This document shows positions 31,458-40,968 of a stretch of 53,941 bases of DNA, one piece after another. Below the pieces are notes generated by a model. The model did no database searches and had not been told where the DNA came from. It saw only the letters and a list, made by a program, of their open reading frames with translations. Positions within the stretch are counted from its first letter, which is position 1, and every line of letters begins with the position of its first letter. The translations under genes were made by a program, and so were the position numbers. This stretch comes from Bacillales bacterium (lineage in GTDB: Bacteria; Bacillota; Bacilli; JARBTR01): the NCBI GenBank assembly GCA_031554215.1, contig JAVBKF010000121.1:1-53941 (forward strand), in the 5' to 3' direction.

Positions 31458-31931
31458 TCATTCGTTGTCTACTACCGGTATCCAAATTTCCGATAGATAA
31501 GTTGGGCTCGATTTATCACCCGGGAAATAGACCTCGAGCTCTGGCGCCCATACCCGGCGCAGCCCTGCATCTGACAATCCATATTCATTGATATTTTTCC
31601 ATGCGGTTTGGAGTGCTTCTGGTATTGGTCCCCTCACTTCAAATACTGCCCAAGTTGCTGCGGGAATTGCTAGCCGTTCAAAATCTGATGCTACAGCGCC
31701 AGTATCCTCAATCGCCACATAATAAGTCATACCATCTGTTTCAGTGTTGTAATCAGTAATGACACCCATAAGACCAAGTTCTCCTATATGAGGCATGATT
31801 CGTTCCATGAACCGAGGATCATTAGCATTTTTCATCCAAAAAGTAGGAATCGTTTCATTGTCAGCGTTACTGACCTGAACCGATCTCCCTACAATGCCAA
31901 ATGAACCTCTTTTTTCTAAACGGTGTTTCAT
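31458..31931 (-). CDS. GyrI-like (AraC effector-binding) small-molecule binding protein
   Basis: IPAATWAVFEVRGPIP, PELEVY, EIWIPV; ATGA overlap with the upstream MFS gene. Confidence 0.85.
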   Translation of the reverse strand: MKHRLEKRGSFGIVGRSVQVSNADNETIPTFWMKNANDPRFMERIMPHIGELGLMGVITDYNTETDGMTYYVAIEDTGAVASDFERLAIPAATWAVFEVRGPIPEALQTAWKNINEYGLSDAGLRRVWAPELEVYFPGDKSSPTYLSEIWIPVVDNE

Positions 31932-33190
31932 TCCATCACCCCTTCTTTGATGTTTCGTTCACTGATTATTGTTACATGGAGAAAGCGATTATGTAAATAG
32001 GTTGAGACAATTGCCAGCAACATTAAACACATCATCACGATAAAAACCCCATGAAAACTGTACGCTAGCACGAGCGTTGAACCAAATAAGGGACCGACCA
32101 TCCTACCACAGGTTGCGGCGGTACTGACAATGCCTTGGAAAAGCCCTGCTTTCCCAGGAGGCGCTATGCTATTTGCGATATTCGGAACAGCTGGCCAAAT
32201 AAAAATCTCACCAATCGTCAGTACGGACATGGCAACTAAAAATGCCGTGAACCCAGACGCATTTGCCGTCAACCAAAATGAGCCAATAAAAATAAAAATA
32301 CCAATCAAAATCTGCATTTTCAATGTAATCCGCCAAGCAGTCATCAATCTACCAAGAATCGGTTGTAGGCAAACGATGAGGGCACCATTGATGGTCCAAA
32401 ACAAACCATATTGTTGTAATGTCAGCCCATGATTCGTCACATAATCGGGTACAACGCCTTGCCACTGAACATACCCTAGCCAGCAAAGAAAGTAAGCAAA
32501 ACTAATCATAAGCAGCGCACCAATCGTACCTGCACCGGTTTCCTCGGACGCTGTTTTCAGCACTTTTTGTGAGGGCTCGATTGGCTTTATCTTCCGAATT
32601 CCGAACCAGATGATCATGATGAAAAGTAGGTGGAAAATTAAGAACCCTGTAAAGGCTAAGTGATAAGAAATACCGGCTATCAGACCACCCATTCCAGTCC
32701 CGATCGCAACACCAAGATTTTGAAACAGATAGCAAACATTATAAGGCTTCCTTCCGCCTTCTGGCCAAGTAGTTCCGATCATGGCAAACATGGCAGGAAA
32801 AACAATTCCTTGACCGAGACCAATCAAAGAAATAAAGATTGGATAATAAGGCCAGCCAGCATCTACATTAAGGCCAATCAGCGCAATAAACGTCACTAAA
32901 ACACCTATCGAACTGGTGCGAAAACCACCTATCTGATCAAACAACAAACCGCCAAGCATATTGCCGATCGCTGACACCCCAGCCATAATCATCATGACAA
33001 CACCAGCCGTTATCAGTGTTGCGCCGAGTTCCCTTGTCATAAAAATGACATTGAGTGGCCAGAGAAAAGACCCAGCAATCACGTTCACCATCATACCAAG
33101 ATTTAAAATCCAAATTGATTTTGGTAAATAATTCTTAACATCTACTGCACTAGCCCTTAGTTTCTCAGCACCTCGACTCACTATCCTCAT
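31928..33190 (-). CDS. MFS transporter (YttB-like)
   Basis: About 12 TMs; SFLWPLN, GG.LFD.IGG, WPEGGRK; start uncertain (33190 or 33220). Confidence 0.88.
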   Translation of the reverse strand: MRIVSRGAEKLRASAVDVKNYLPKSIWILNLGMMVNVIAGSFLWPLNVIFMTRELGATLITAGVVMMIMAGVSAIGNMLGGLLFDQIGGFRTSSIGVLVTFIALIGLNVDAGWPYYPIFISLIGLGQGIVFPAMFAMIGTTWPEGGRKPYNVCYLFQNLGVAIGTGMGGLIAGISYHLAFTGFLIFHLLFIMIIWFGIRKIKPIEPSQKVLKTASEETGAGTIGALLMISFAYFLCWLGYVQWQGVVPDYVTNHGLTLQQYGLFWTINGALIVCLQPILGRLMTAWRITLKMQILIGIFIFIGSFWLTANASGFTAFLVAMSVLTIGEIFIWPAVPNIANSIAPPGKAGLFQGIVSTAATCGRMVGPLFGSTLVLAYSFHGVFIVMMCLMLLAIVSTYLHNRFLHVTIISERNIKEGVME

Positions 33191-33519
33191 TATGCTTCCC
33201 CATTCGGTATTGTTTGCCAAACTACCTATCTGAAAACTCCATTGTCTCTAAGCATAACACGGTTACTCATTTTCCACCCTAAATTGGCTCTCAATTATTG
33301 CCTTGTTGTAGAAAAATATTGGCAGGAAAACTGACCAGTTCCGCTACGTATTTTTCTCAATTATTATTTTTTGTCTGCTTGATTGTTGTAATTTACTCTG
33401 GTATTAACATAAATCTGCTTCCATGAAACGCTATTCAGCTCATTGAATCGCCCGGTCTCAAGACCCGACCCTGAAATAGTCAAAAAGCGCCACAGAAACA
33501 AATTTCTGTAGCGGTAAGT

Positions 33520-34128
33520 TTAGTTGAATATCCGGTAGACCTCGTATCCTGTATAGTACAACATCTCACGAATAAGGAATTTCCCTCTCGTAACAAATCC
33601 AGTATACTTCGTCGTTGGTGTTGGCGAAGAGTATGCCTCGAGTCCACAATCGTCAGCAATCAGCATCGCTCGCTTCATATGCAAGGGGTCACTGACAATC
33701 AGTGCTGAGGAATAACCATTTTCCTCGATAAGTTCATTAGCATACTCAATATTTTCAATCGTCGTTGTCGATTTCTCTTCAATCAGAACATCCTCAGCTG
33801 GTACACCACGGCTAACAGTAAACTCTTTCGCAAGGAAGGCATCGGAATATTTATTCCCTTCCCCCTTGCCGCCAGTCAGTATAATCTTCTCGACATAATT
33901 GTTTTCGTAGAGCCAGATACCATGATTGATCCTTTCTTGGTAAACGGGATTTGGCTTGTTGCCAGTTACCCCTGCACCGAGAACAATGGCTACATCAGCT
34001 TTCACTAGCTCATCTTGCTTCGCGTACCGACAAATCGCTACACCAACATACAATGTATGAATGATTACAATGGCAAAAACAAGTAGAATCGCTATGGCAG
34101 GTTTGCCTAATTTTTTTATTTTTTTCAT
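33520..34128 (-). CDS. YdcF/DUF218 (ElyC/SanA-like) protein
   Basis: ADVAIVLGAG, IILTGGKG, E..S.TT.EN, IVSDPLHMKRA. Confidence 0.9.
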   Translation of the reverse strand: MKKIKKLGKPAIAILLVFAIVIIHTLYVGVAICRYAKQDELVKADVAIVLGAGVTGNKPNPVYQERINHGIWLYENNYVEKIILTGGKGEGNKYSDAFLAKEFTVSRGVPAEDVLIEEKSTTTIENIEYANELIEENGYSSALIVSDPLHMKRAMLIADDCGLEAYSSPTPTTKYTGFVTRGKFLIREMLYYTGYEVYRIFN

Positions 34129-34370
34129 TTAGTTATCCTATGGTTCGCACTATTTTATTTATTCACGCTAATCAACTCTTTGACCCATGAAAACAGCGTT
34201 GCAACTGATGAGATTGTTGATTTATTACGGTAGGTACCTATTATTCGGAGATTTTTTGAAGGTTAGACTATATTTTTCCATGACCACATCTATCATACTA
34301 ATATTTCTGCCATCCGTACAGTAGTACGCTAAAGAAATTTGAGAAAGACCCATTAAAAAAAGAGCGAGTG

Positions 34371-34646
34371 TTAGAACTCGCCCATTGGTTTGTGTGTAAT
34401 CATATTGTGTTGTAATTCTTCAAGCTGCATCCGCTTCCGCCGCAGGTCTTCGCGTTGTTGATCCGTTGCACTATTGTGAACGGAAGAAAGTTCACGATGA
34501 ATTTCCTCGATTTGCTGTAACGCTATCGTAAATTCATCATCATTAGCATGTTCCTGTTGTGAGAATGTTTGATATTGTACACTAGCATAGGCGATCACTT
34601 CATCGCATCGTTCTAAAACCGCTTCTAATGCTTTTCTCGTTGTTAT
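34371..34646 (-). CDS. ytzC: YtzC family protein (91 aa), apparent ATA start
   Basis: QEH.ND.E, A.DQQRE.L.R.R.QL..LQ..MI motifs; AGGAGGT RBS 6 nt before an in-frame ATA; divergent from ytqA. Confidence 0.85.
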   Translation of the reverse strand: MTTRKALEAVLERCDEVIAYASVQYQTFSQQEHANDDEFTIALQQIEEIHRELSSVHNSATDQQREDLRRKRMQLEELQHNMITHKPMGEF

Positions 34647-34683
34647 AGCAATACCTCCTAGCGATATGGATTTTCTCCATTCC

Positions 34684-34713
34684 TAGTTTGGCTTTCTGAT
34701 GAAAAAAACATAC
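34684..34713 (-). promoter_or_regulatory. Putative sigmaG promoter of ytzC
   Basis: GTATG-18 bp-CAAACTA. Confidence 0.6.
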
Positions 34714-34867
34714 AAACTTTATCGTACATCCAGTGACAATCAAGATGTCATGCTATCCAAAGGTAGCAAATTTTCTTGCAGGATGGATGCCAACTTCACC
34801 GTATCAATGCGTATTTCGATTGTCCATGATAGAATAAGAATATTGTGATAAGGAAGAGGCAATCAGG

Positions 34868-35794
34868 ATGACAAATTCAACTGAAAAACGGTTTTACACT
34901 CTAAATCAGTATCTGCGCGATACATTTGGTGAAAAGGTATTTAAAATATCTTTAGATGGTGGTTTTGACTGCCCTAATCGGGATGGCACCGTCGCACATG
35001 GTGGCTGTACATTCTGTAGTGTAGCTGGTTCTGGTGATTTCGCAGGGCGCCGAACTGATTCAATAGAGGACCAATTTACAGCGATTAAATCACGGATGCA
35101 CCAGAAATGGAAAAACGGAAAATATATTGCTTATTTCCAGGCATTTACGAATACACATGCACCAGTGGAAGTATTAAAAGAAAAGTTTGAACATGCACTT
35201 GCGGAGGAAAATGTTGTGGGTCTTTCAATTGCTACGCGCCCTGATTGTCTACCAGATGATGTCGTCGCTTACCTCGCCGAACTGCATAAGCGGACCCACC
35301 TTTGGGTTGAACTAGGGCTCCAGACAATCCATGAGGAAACTGCCAAAGTCATCAATCGTGCTCATAGTTTAGCCACCTATATCGACGGTGTGGACAAGCT
35401 TCGTGCCCACGGTATTCGCGTTTGTGCACATATGATTAATGGACTCCCAGGAGAGACACCTGAGATGATGATGGAAACAGTCCGAACGATAGCGCGCCTT
35501 GATGTACAAGGCATTAAGATTCATTTACTACACCTACTTGAAGGCACACCAATGGTTTGGCAGTATAAGCGAGGGCAATTACAGTTAATGGAGAAAGAGG
35601 CGTATGTGTCGCTCGTTTGTGATCAACTTGAAATACTGCCGAAGGAAATGGTGATTCACCGAATCACTGGTGATGGACCTCCTGACATCATGATTGGACC
35701 GATGTGGAGCCTGAAGAAATGGGAAGTACTGAACGCAATTGATGCAGAATTAGTACAACGCGATACTTGGCAAGGAAAATATTTTGAACAATAG
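34868..35794 (+). CDS. ytqA: TIGR01212 radical SAM protein YtqA (MnmL, tRNA mnm5s2U pathway)
   Basis: CPNRDGTVAHGGCTFC, YFQAFTNTHA, TRPDCL, HRITGD. Confidence 0.95.
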   Translation: MTNSTEKRFYTLNQYLRDTFGEKVFKISLDGGFDCPNRDGTVAHGGCTFCSVAGSGDFAGRRTDSIEDQFTAIKSRMHQKWKNGKYIAYFQAFTNTHAPVEVLKEKFEHALAEENVVGLSIATRPDCLPDDVVAYLAELHKRTHLWVELGLQTIHEETAKVINRAHSLATYIDGVDKLRAHGIRVCAHMINGLPGETPEMMMETVRTIARLDVQGIKIHLLHLLEGTPMVWQYKRGQLQLMEKEAYVSLVCDQLEILPKEMVIHRITGDGPPDIMIGPMWSLKKWEVLNAIDAELVQRDTWQGKYFEQ

Positions 35795-35960
35795 CACTTT
35801 AAAGACGAGATGAGAACACCAATGTACGGTTACGGGTTTTCTCATCTTAGCACTGACCAAGATTCTTTTTTGCAAAAAAATGATAAAGTTTCTTGTTTCC
35901 CACTCTCAGCAAACGGTAATTTTGCTATGATAGTAAGACGATATGAAACGAAAGTTGGTT

Positions 35961-36392
35961 ATGAAGATGGAAGTTCGGATTGCGGCAACAAAGGAAGAAA
36001 TGGACAAGGTGTTTTGGGTACGACAGGTGGTTTTTGTTGATGAGCAACAAGTACCGCTTGAAATGGAGATTGATGAGTTTGAGGATAATTGTACGCATTT
36101 TCTTGCGGAGCACGAAGGCAAACCTGTAGGCGCTGGTAGAGTCCGTGAACTCAGTGGTTACGGGAAAATCGAAAGAATTTGCGTGCTAGATACTTGCCGC
36201 GGCTTAAAGGGTGGCGTTGCCATTATGGCAGCGATTGAAACGGAAATTAGCTTAATGGGACTTACAAAATGTAAGCTGGAAGCACAGGTACATGCGATTC
36301 CTTTTTATGAAAAGTTAGGCTATGAGATTCGTTCCGAAGTATTCATGGATGCTGGTATTCCGCACCGTTTGATGGTGAAAAATTTATCGTAA
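35961..36392 (+). CDS. GNAT acetyltransferase (YjcF/ElaA-like); start uncertain (35943/35961/35967)
   Basis: R..VFVDEQ.VP...E.DE, KIERICV, AQ.HA.PFYEKLG, FMDAGIPH. Confidence 0.9.
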   Translation: MKMEVRIAATKEEMDKVFWVRQVVFVDEQQVPLEMEIDEFEDNCTHFLAEHEGKPVGAGRVRELSGYGKIERICVLDTCRGLKGGVAIMAAIETEISLMGLTKCKLEAQVHAIPFYEKLGYEIRSEVFMDAGIPHRLMVKNLS

Positions 36393-36428
36393 TGCTCTCT
36401 GACAACTAACTCTAGAGGTGAAAATTCT

Positions 36429-37001
36429 GTGACACTTATGCAAATTATTCCGTTTGCCCATCAGTTACTGCAAACAGCTGTGTCACCTGGTGATGTGGTT
36501 GTTGATTGTACAATGGGGAACGGACACGATTCGCTTTTTCTTGCACGTCTCGTCGGTGATTCAGGTCTGGTGTATGCCTTTGATATTCAAGCTGAGGCAC
36601 TGGTGAAAACGAAAGAACTACTGAAAGCCGCTTCGCTTGCAGGGCGGGTCTCTCTGCACTGCGCTAGTCATCATACACTTGAACAACTGCTACCGCATAA
36701 TTACCATGGCAAGGTAACCGGTGCGATCTTCAATCTTGGCTATTTGCCGGGCGGAGACAAATCTGTCGTTACAACTCCGGATACGACGACCGAAGCGATC
36801 GAGGCATTACTTCGGGTGATGGCACCCGGTGGCATCATTGTTCTTGTTGTTTACCACGGTCATCCTGGCGGACAAATCGAACGCGAAGCACTGCTTGAAT
36901 ACACGTCTAAACTTCCTCGGGAAATCGTCGATGTACTCTGCTACCGCTTCCTCAATTATCAAAACACACCACCATTTATCATTGCCCTGCAGAAGAAATA
37001 A
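36429..37001 (+). CDS. ytqB: SAM-dependent methyltransferase YtqB (MnmM)
   Basis: VDCTMGNGHD, AFDIQ, FNLGYLPGGDK, YHGHPGG. Confidence 0.93.
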   Translation: MTLMQIIPFAHQLLQTAVSPGDVVVDCTMGNGHDSLFLARLVGDSGLVYAFDIQAEALVKTKELLKAASLAGRVSLHCASHHTLEQLLPHNYHGKVTGAIFNLGYLPGGDKSVVTTPDTTTEAIEALLRVMAPGGIIVLVVYHGHPGGQIEREALLEYTSKLPREIVDVLCYRFLNYQNTPPFIIALQKK

Positions 37002-37152
37002 CAAGCGCTATTCACACACGCCTCTTGTTATTTCGCATAGCCTCCCCTCACGGGCGATGGGTTATGGCTCACAGTTGTAATTGAGCAAACCTGTTTTTTG
37101 GTAAACCGAATTAGCCGGCAACATACCTGACTCACACAAACCAAGCAGTTTA

Positions 37153-37935
37153 TTAACCGTAGAAAACATGAGGTTTTTGCGTAAAGGGATTTACAGCCAC
37201 TTGTAATGAGATATCATAAATATCTTTCAACATCTCCGTATTGTAGAGCAAATCAACTGAGCCATCGGCAATCACTTCACCCATTTTAACAAACAGCAAA
37301 TGATCAGCAAAGCGCGCAGCGAGATTCAAATCATGCAGAATCGACACGACGGTCAGACCATTTTTCTCTTGCTGCTCTTTCAGAACCCCGAGTAATTCAA
37401 GCGTGTGTTTAATGTCCAAATGATTTGTTGGTTCATCAAGGAATAGTAACTGAGGTTCCTGTACCAATGCTTTTGCCAACAAAACACGTTGTTTCTCGCC
37501 GCCACTGAGCGAAGCATACTCACGGTGGCGTAAATGAGCCGTATTCGTTTGTTCAAGGTACTGGTCAACAATCGAATGGTTTTCGGTCGTTTCGTACTTC
37601 CCAAGCACACCCTGCTGATACGGGTAACGTCCTAATCGCACAATTTCTTCCACAGTAAAGTTCATCGTTACCGATTGTTCCTGCGACAAGACAGCTACTT
37701 TCTGTGCAAAATCCTTCCTCGTATAGTCCTGAGCCCGCTTGCCGTCCAGCCAAATCTCCCCTTCTACAGAGGGAAGTAAACCCATGATCGCTCTGACTAG
37801 TGTTGTTTTCCCACTACCATTCGCGCCTAAAATCGTACAAAAAGAACCCTTAGCCACTTCAAATGAAATACGATGCAACTGACGCAAGTCTTTTCTATAG
37901 CCTGCTTCTAACCCTTGTACTTTTAACATTTCCAT
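37153..37935 (-). CDS. Iron-chelate/cobalamin ABC transporter ATP-binding protein
   Basis: GANGSGKTT, LSGGEKQRV, LDEPTNHLD, LHDLNLA; AGGAG RBS before ATG 37935. Confidence 0.92.
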   Translation of the reverse strand: MEMLKVQGLEAGYRKDLRQLHRISFEVAKGSFCTILGANGSGKTTLVRAIMGLLPSVEGEIWLDGKRAQDYTRKDFAQKVAVLSQEQSVTMNFTVEEIVRLGRYPYQQGVLGKYETTENHSIVDQYLEQTNTAHLRHREYASLSGGEKQRVLLAKALVQEPQLLFLDEPTNHLDIKHTLELLGVLKEQQEKNGLTVVSILHDLNLAARFADHLLFVKMGEVIADGSVDLLYNTEMLKDIYDISLQVAVNPFTQKPHVFYG

Positions 37936-37944
37936 TGCGCTCCT

Positions 37945-38039
37945 ATACTGTAACAACAATTGTTGATGCATTCCGAGACATCAACTTCTTTAGCGGACCC
38001 GTTTTCGTCATACTGTAACAACAATTGTTGATGCATTCC
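37945..38039. repeat. Two identical 30-bp palindromic repeats separated by 35 bp
   Basis: ATACTGTAACAACAATTGTTGATGCATTCC at 37945-37974 and 38010-38039. Confidence 0.95.
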
Positions 38040-38275
38040 CAAGTATGCATGAAAAGGGTTCCATGATGACGATAGCCTCCATCACCCAGATATCACACCT
38101 CAAATACCACTTCCGGTTGCCGATTCAGGCAATCCTTTCCCTACTTAAATCAAGTAGAAAAGTCCTAGGTCGCGGTGCTGACCTCTATATAACTGTTCTC
38201 ACACGACAAAGGGGAACACCTTATCGCGCGCGAGATTAATCTCGCCGGCCATCCTGCCCTTGGCCCATTAAACCC

Positions 38276-39325
38276 TTACAACTGATTTCGCCCTCTTTGC
38301 CGAATCAAAAGTACCGTAAACACCGGTGCACCAACAATTGCTGTGACCACACCAATCGGTAACTCTGATGGCTCAATAATTGTCCGTGCAATCATATCTG
38401 CCACCACGAGGAAAGTCCCACCAACAAAGATGGATAACGGCAACACATGGCGATGATTTGAACCAATCACCATACGAACCAAATGCGGAATCACAAGCCC
38501 AACAAAGCCAATCGCTCCTGAAACCGCAACAGCAGCACCCGTGAGCACAGCAGCACTCGACAAAATCAGCAATTGCTTTCGCTGCACATTGATGCCCAAA
38601 TAATGAGCAGATTCCTCACCTAACGCCAATGCATTCAGGACACGGCACTGTGAGAGAATAACCACCGTCGCAACCACAAAGAAAGGCATTAACAGCTGAA
38701 CATGACCCCAATTCCGTCCGGAAAAACTGCCCATTAACCAAAACATCATTTGCTTTGTTCCATCAGCACTCGACATCGCAATAAAATAAGTCACAAGTGC
38801 GCCGATAAATGAGTTAATAATCACGCCCGTTAAAATAATCGTCTCATTCGAGAACGAATTCCCAGCAAACCTGGTAATCACAATTACCAACAATAGCGTG
38901 AGCAAACTGAATATAATGGCGACAACCGGCAATGTGAAGCTACCAAGAAATCCAATTTGAATTTGCAAGAAAATCACTAGAACGGCACCAAGTGAGGCGC
39001 CAGAAGAGACCCCAATCGTGTACGGATCAACGAGCGGATTACGGAGTAAACCTTGAAAAGCAGCCCCAGCCAAAGATAGTGAGGCGCCAACAAGAAATGC
39101 CAATAGTACGCGCGGCAAGCGAATATCCCAAATAATTGCATCAATGCTCTGAATATTGCTCGTAACAGCCGCTGATCCAAATAAATGATGTGACAAAATC
39201 GCCCAAATATCGCTAGGTGCTGCATCCACTGCACCAATGAGCAAACTGATCACAATTGATAATAATGCAACCGGAATTACAATTGCATACAATAAAATTT
39301 GCTTCTTCAAATTCTTCCTCACCAC
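38276..39325 (-). CDS. FecCD/BtuC-family ABC permease (YvrB-like)
   Basis: IRLPR, QGLLRNPL.DPY..GVSSGA, GEESA..LG, G.IGFVGL..PH, ELPIG. Confidence 0.93.
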   Translation of the reverse strand: MVRKNLKKQILLYAIVIPVALLSIVISLLIGAVDAAPSDIWAILSHHLFGSAAVTSNIQSIDAIIWDIRLPRVLLAFLVGASLSLAGAAFQGLLRNPLVDPYTIGVSSGASLGAVLVIFLQIQIGFLGSFTLPVVAIIFSLLTLLLVIVITRFAGNSFSNETIILTGVIINSFIGALVTYFIAMSSADGTKQMMFWLMGSFSGRNWGHVQLLMPFFVVATVVILSQCRVLNALALGEESAHYLGINVQRKQLLILSSAAVLTGAAVAVSGAIGFVGLVIPHLVRMVIGSNHRHVLPLSIFVGGTFLVVADMIARTIIEPSELPIGVVTAIVGAPVFTVLLIRQRGRNQL

Positions 39326-39395
39326 TTCTCAAATCACACTTAATACGGTCTAAACTCCCTATCTAGCCTACTTTACCACTCGGGAAGACCGGGAG

Positions 39396-40214
39396 CTAAA
39401 GCAACTCACGCTTCTGCAAAACCACTTCAACAAATGCCAATGCCTGTATAAACACCGTCTCCCGTTCCGGCTCATTAAAAATTTCATGATAGTACCCCGG
39501 TAGCAGACAAAACGCTTTATCTGTAATCGGGCAGGCCTTTACCCAGTTTCCTACCGCAACCTGATCAACGATCAAGTCGTTCCCGCCCTGCATGACGAGC
39601 AAGGGAACCGGCATAAACCGAGTAATTTGTTCAAAAGCAAGTCCCATTGCATTCGTCAATTCACGATACCAACGAACAGACACTTTGCTGATCATCAAAT
39701 CATCTTGCTGATCAGCCGTTATCACTGCTTGATTCCTAGTTGCAAGCGTTGGCGTAATCCCGGATTCAATCAACAAATCAGGTTTGACACGATTAATTGC
39801 CCGGGAAATGAGGTCGAGTGGCAATGATGGTTTATGAGCAAGTGCTACGCATGGCGACGACAAGAGTACTCCCGCAATTGGCAATGTAGACAATTCGAGA
39901 ACGCGGATTACAATTAACCCGCCCATACTATGCCCGAGCAAGAACACCGGCAACCCGTACCGATTTGCTTCATCCACCCAGCTACTTACCTGCTGAATAT
40001 ACTGCTGAAAGGAGTCAATGTGACCAGGCTTCTCGCCCCTATTTTCACCTTGCCCAACCAAATCACCCATCACCACATGATACCCTTTTGCATTCCATTT
40101 CTCCGCAAGCCACTGGTAACGCCCCTGATGCTCCATCGCGCCATGAACAATGACAACAACACCCTTAGCAAGCGACTTTGCCTGATATTTTTTCAGAAAT
40201 GGATCAACAGCCAT
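39396..40214 (-). CDS. ytpA: Alpha/beta hydrolase, lysophospholipase YtpA
   Basis: VHGAMEH.GRY, GHSMGG, YHEIFNEPER; divergent from ytoA. Confidence 0.9.
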   Translation of the reverse strand: MAVDPFLKKYQAKSLAKGVVVIVHGAMEHQGRYQWLAEKWNAKGYHVVMGDLVGQGENRGEKPGHIDSFQQYIQQVSSWVDEANRYGLPVFLLGHSMGGLIVIRVLELSTLPIAGVLLSSPCVALAHKPSLPLDLISRAINRVKPDLLIESGITPTLATRNQAVITADQQDDLMISKVSVRWYRELTNAMGLAFEQITRFMPVPLLVMQGGNDLIVDQVAVGNWVKACPITDKAFCLLPGYYHEIFNEPERETVFIQALAFVEVVLQKRELL

Positions 40215-40310
40215 ACTCCCACCGCCTTCTTTTTTCAAAAAAATGAACACGTACAGTTTTACAGTTCCGTCATTCCATTATACACTGAATTGAAGGAGGA
40301 TTTAAAAAAT

Positions 40311-40838
40311 ATGAACATCTACCCTTATAAAAATCAGCAACCCAAAATCGACCCAACTGCTTTCATTGCGGACACCGCAGTCATTACTGGTGACGTCACA
40401 ATCGGTGCTGGCGCTAATATCTGGTTCGGAACCGTCATCCGCGGAGATGTCGCACCTGTTTTCATTGGAGAAAATGTCAATATCCAAGACAACAGTGTCC
40501 TTCATCAAAGTACAGGTGTCCCACTGATTATTGAAAACGACGTCACCATTGGTCATATGTGCATACTGCATAGTTGTACAATTCGTAAAAACGCACTAAT
40601 TGGGATGGGCTCAACACTGCTAGATGGCGCAGAAATCGGTGCAGGTAGCTTTATCGGAGCAGGCTCACTCATTTCACCAAACAAAGTAATTCCAGCAGAT
40701 AAAATGGCCTATGGCCGGCCTGCTAAGGTGATTCGTGATGTGACTGAGGCGGAACACATAGAGATGAAGCAAAATATTCAGAGTTATGTAACGAAGGGAC
40801 AAATCTATCAGCAACTACAACAATCATCACCACTGTAA
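40311..40838 (+). CDS. ytoA: Gamma carbonic anhydrase family hexapeptide-repeat protein YtoA
   Basis: IRGDV, NIQDNSVLH, TIGH..ILH; AAGGAGG RBS before ATG 40311. Confidence 0.92.
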   Translation: MNIYPYKNQQPKIDPTAFIADTAVITGDVTIGAGANIWFGTVIRGDVAPVFIGENVNIQDNSVLHQSTGVPLIIENDVTIGHMCILHSCTIRKNALIGMGSTLLDGAEIGAGSFIGAGSLISPNKVIPADKMAYGRPAKVIRDVTEAEHIEMKQNIQSYVTKGQIYQQLQQSSPL

Positions 40839-40968
40839 GAAAAAAAGTATACCTCTCTTCGGGGGAATGCACCAGACACTGAGCTCTACAGACAGCTAAA
40901 CATTGCCGGAAAGATCAAGGCGCACCCTCAAAGCATCAGGTATACTTATTTTATTTAGGTCAACCCAA

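Noticed and set aside
37945-38039. Bona fide CRISPR array
   Set aside because: Two repeats only, no degenerate third copy at the 65-bp period, no cas genes.
39930-40310. Long N-terminal extension of YtoA (302-aa call)
   Set aside because: Antisense overlap with ytpA; RBS and family length support 40311.
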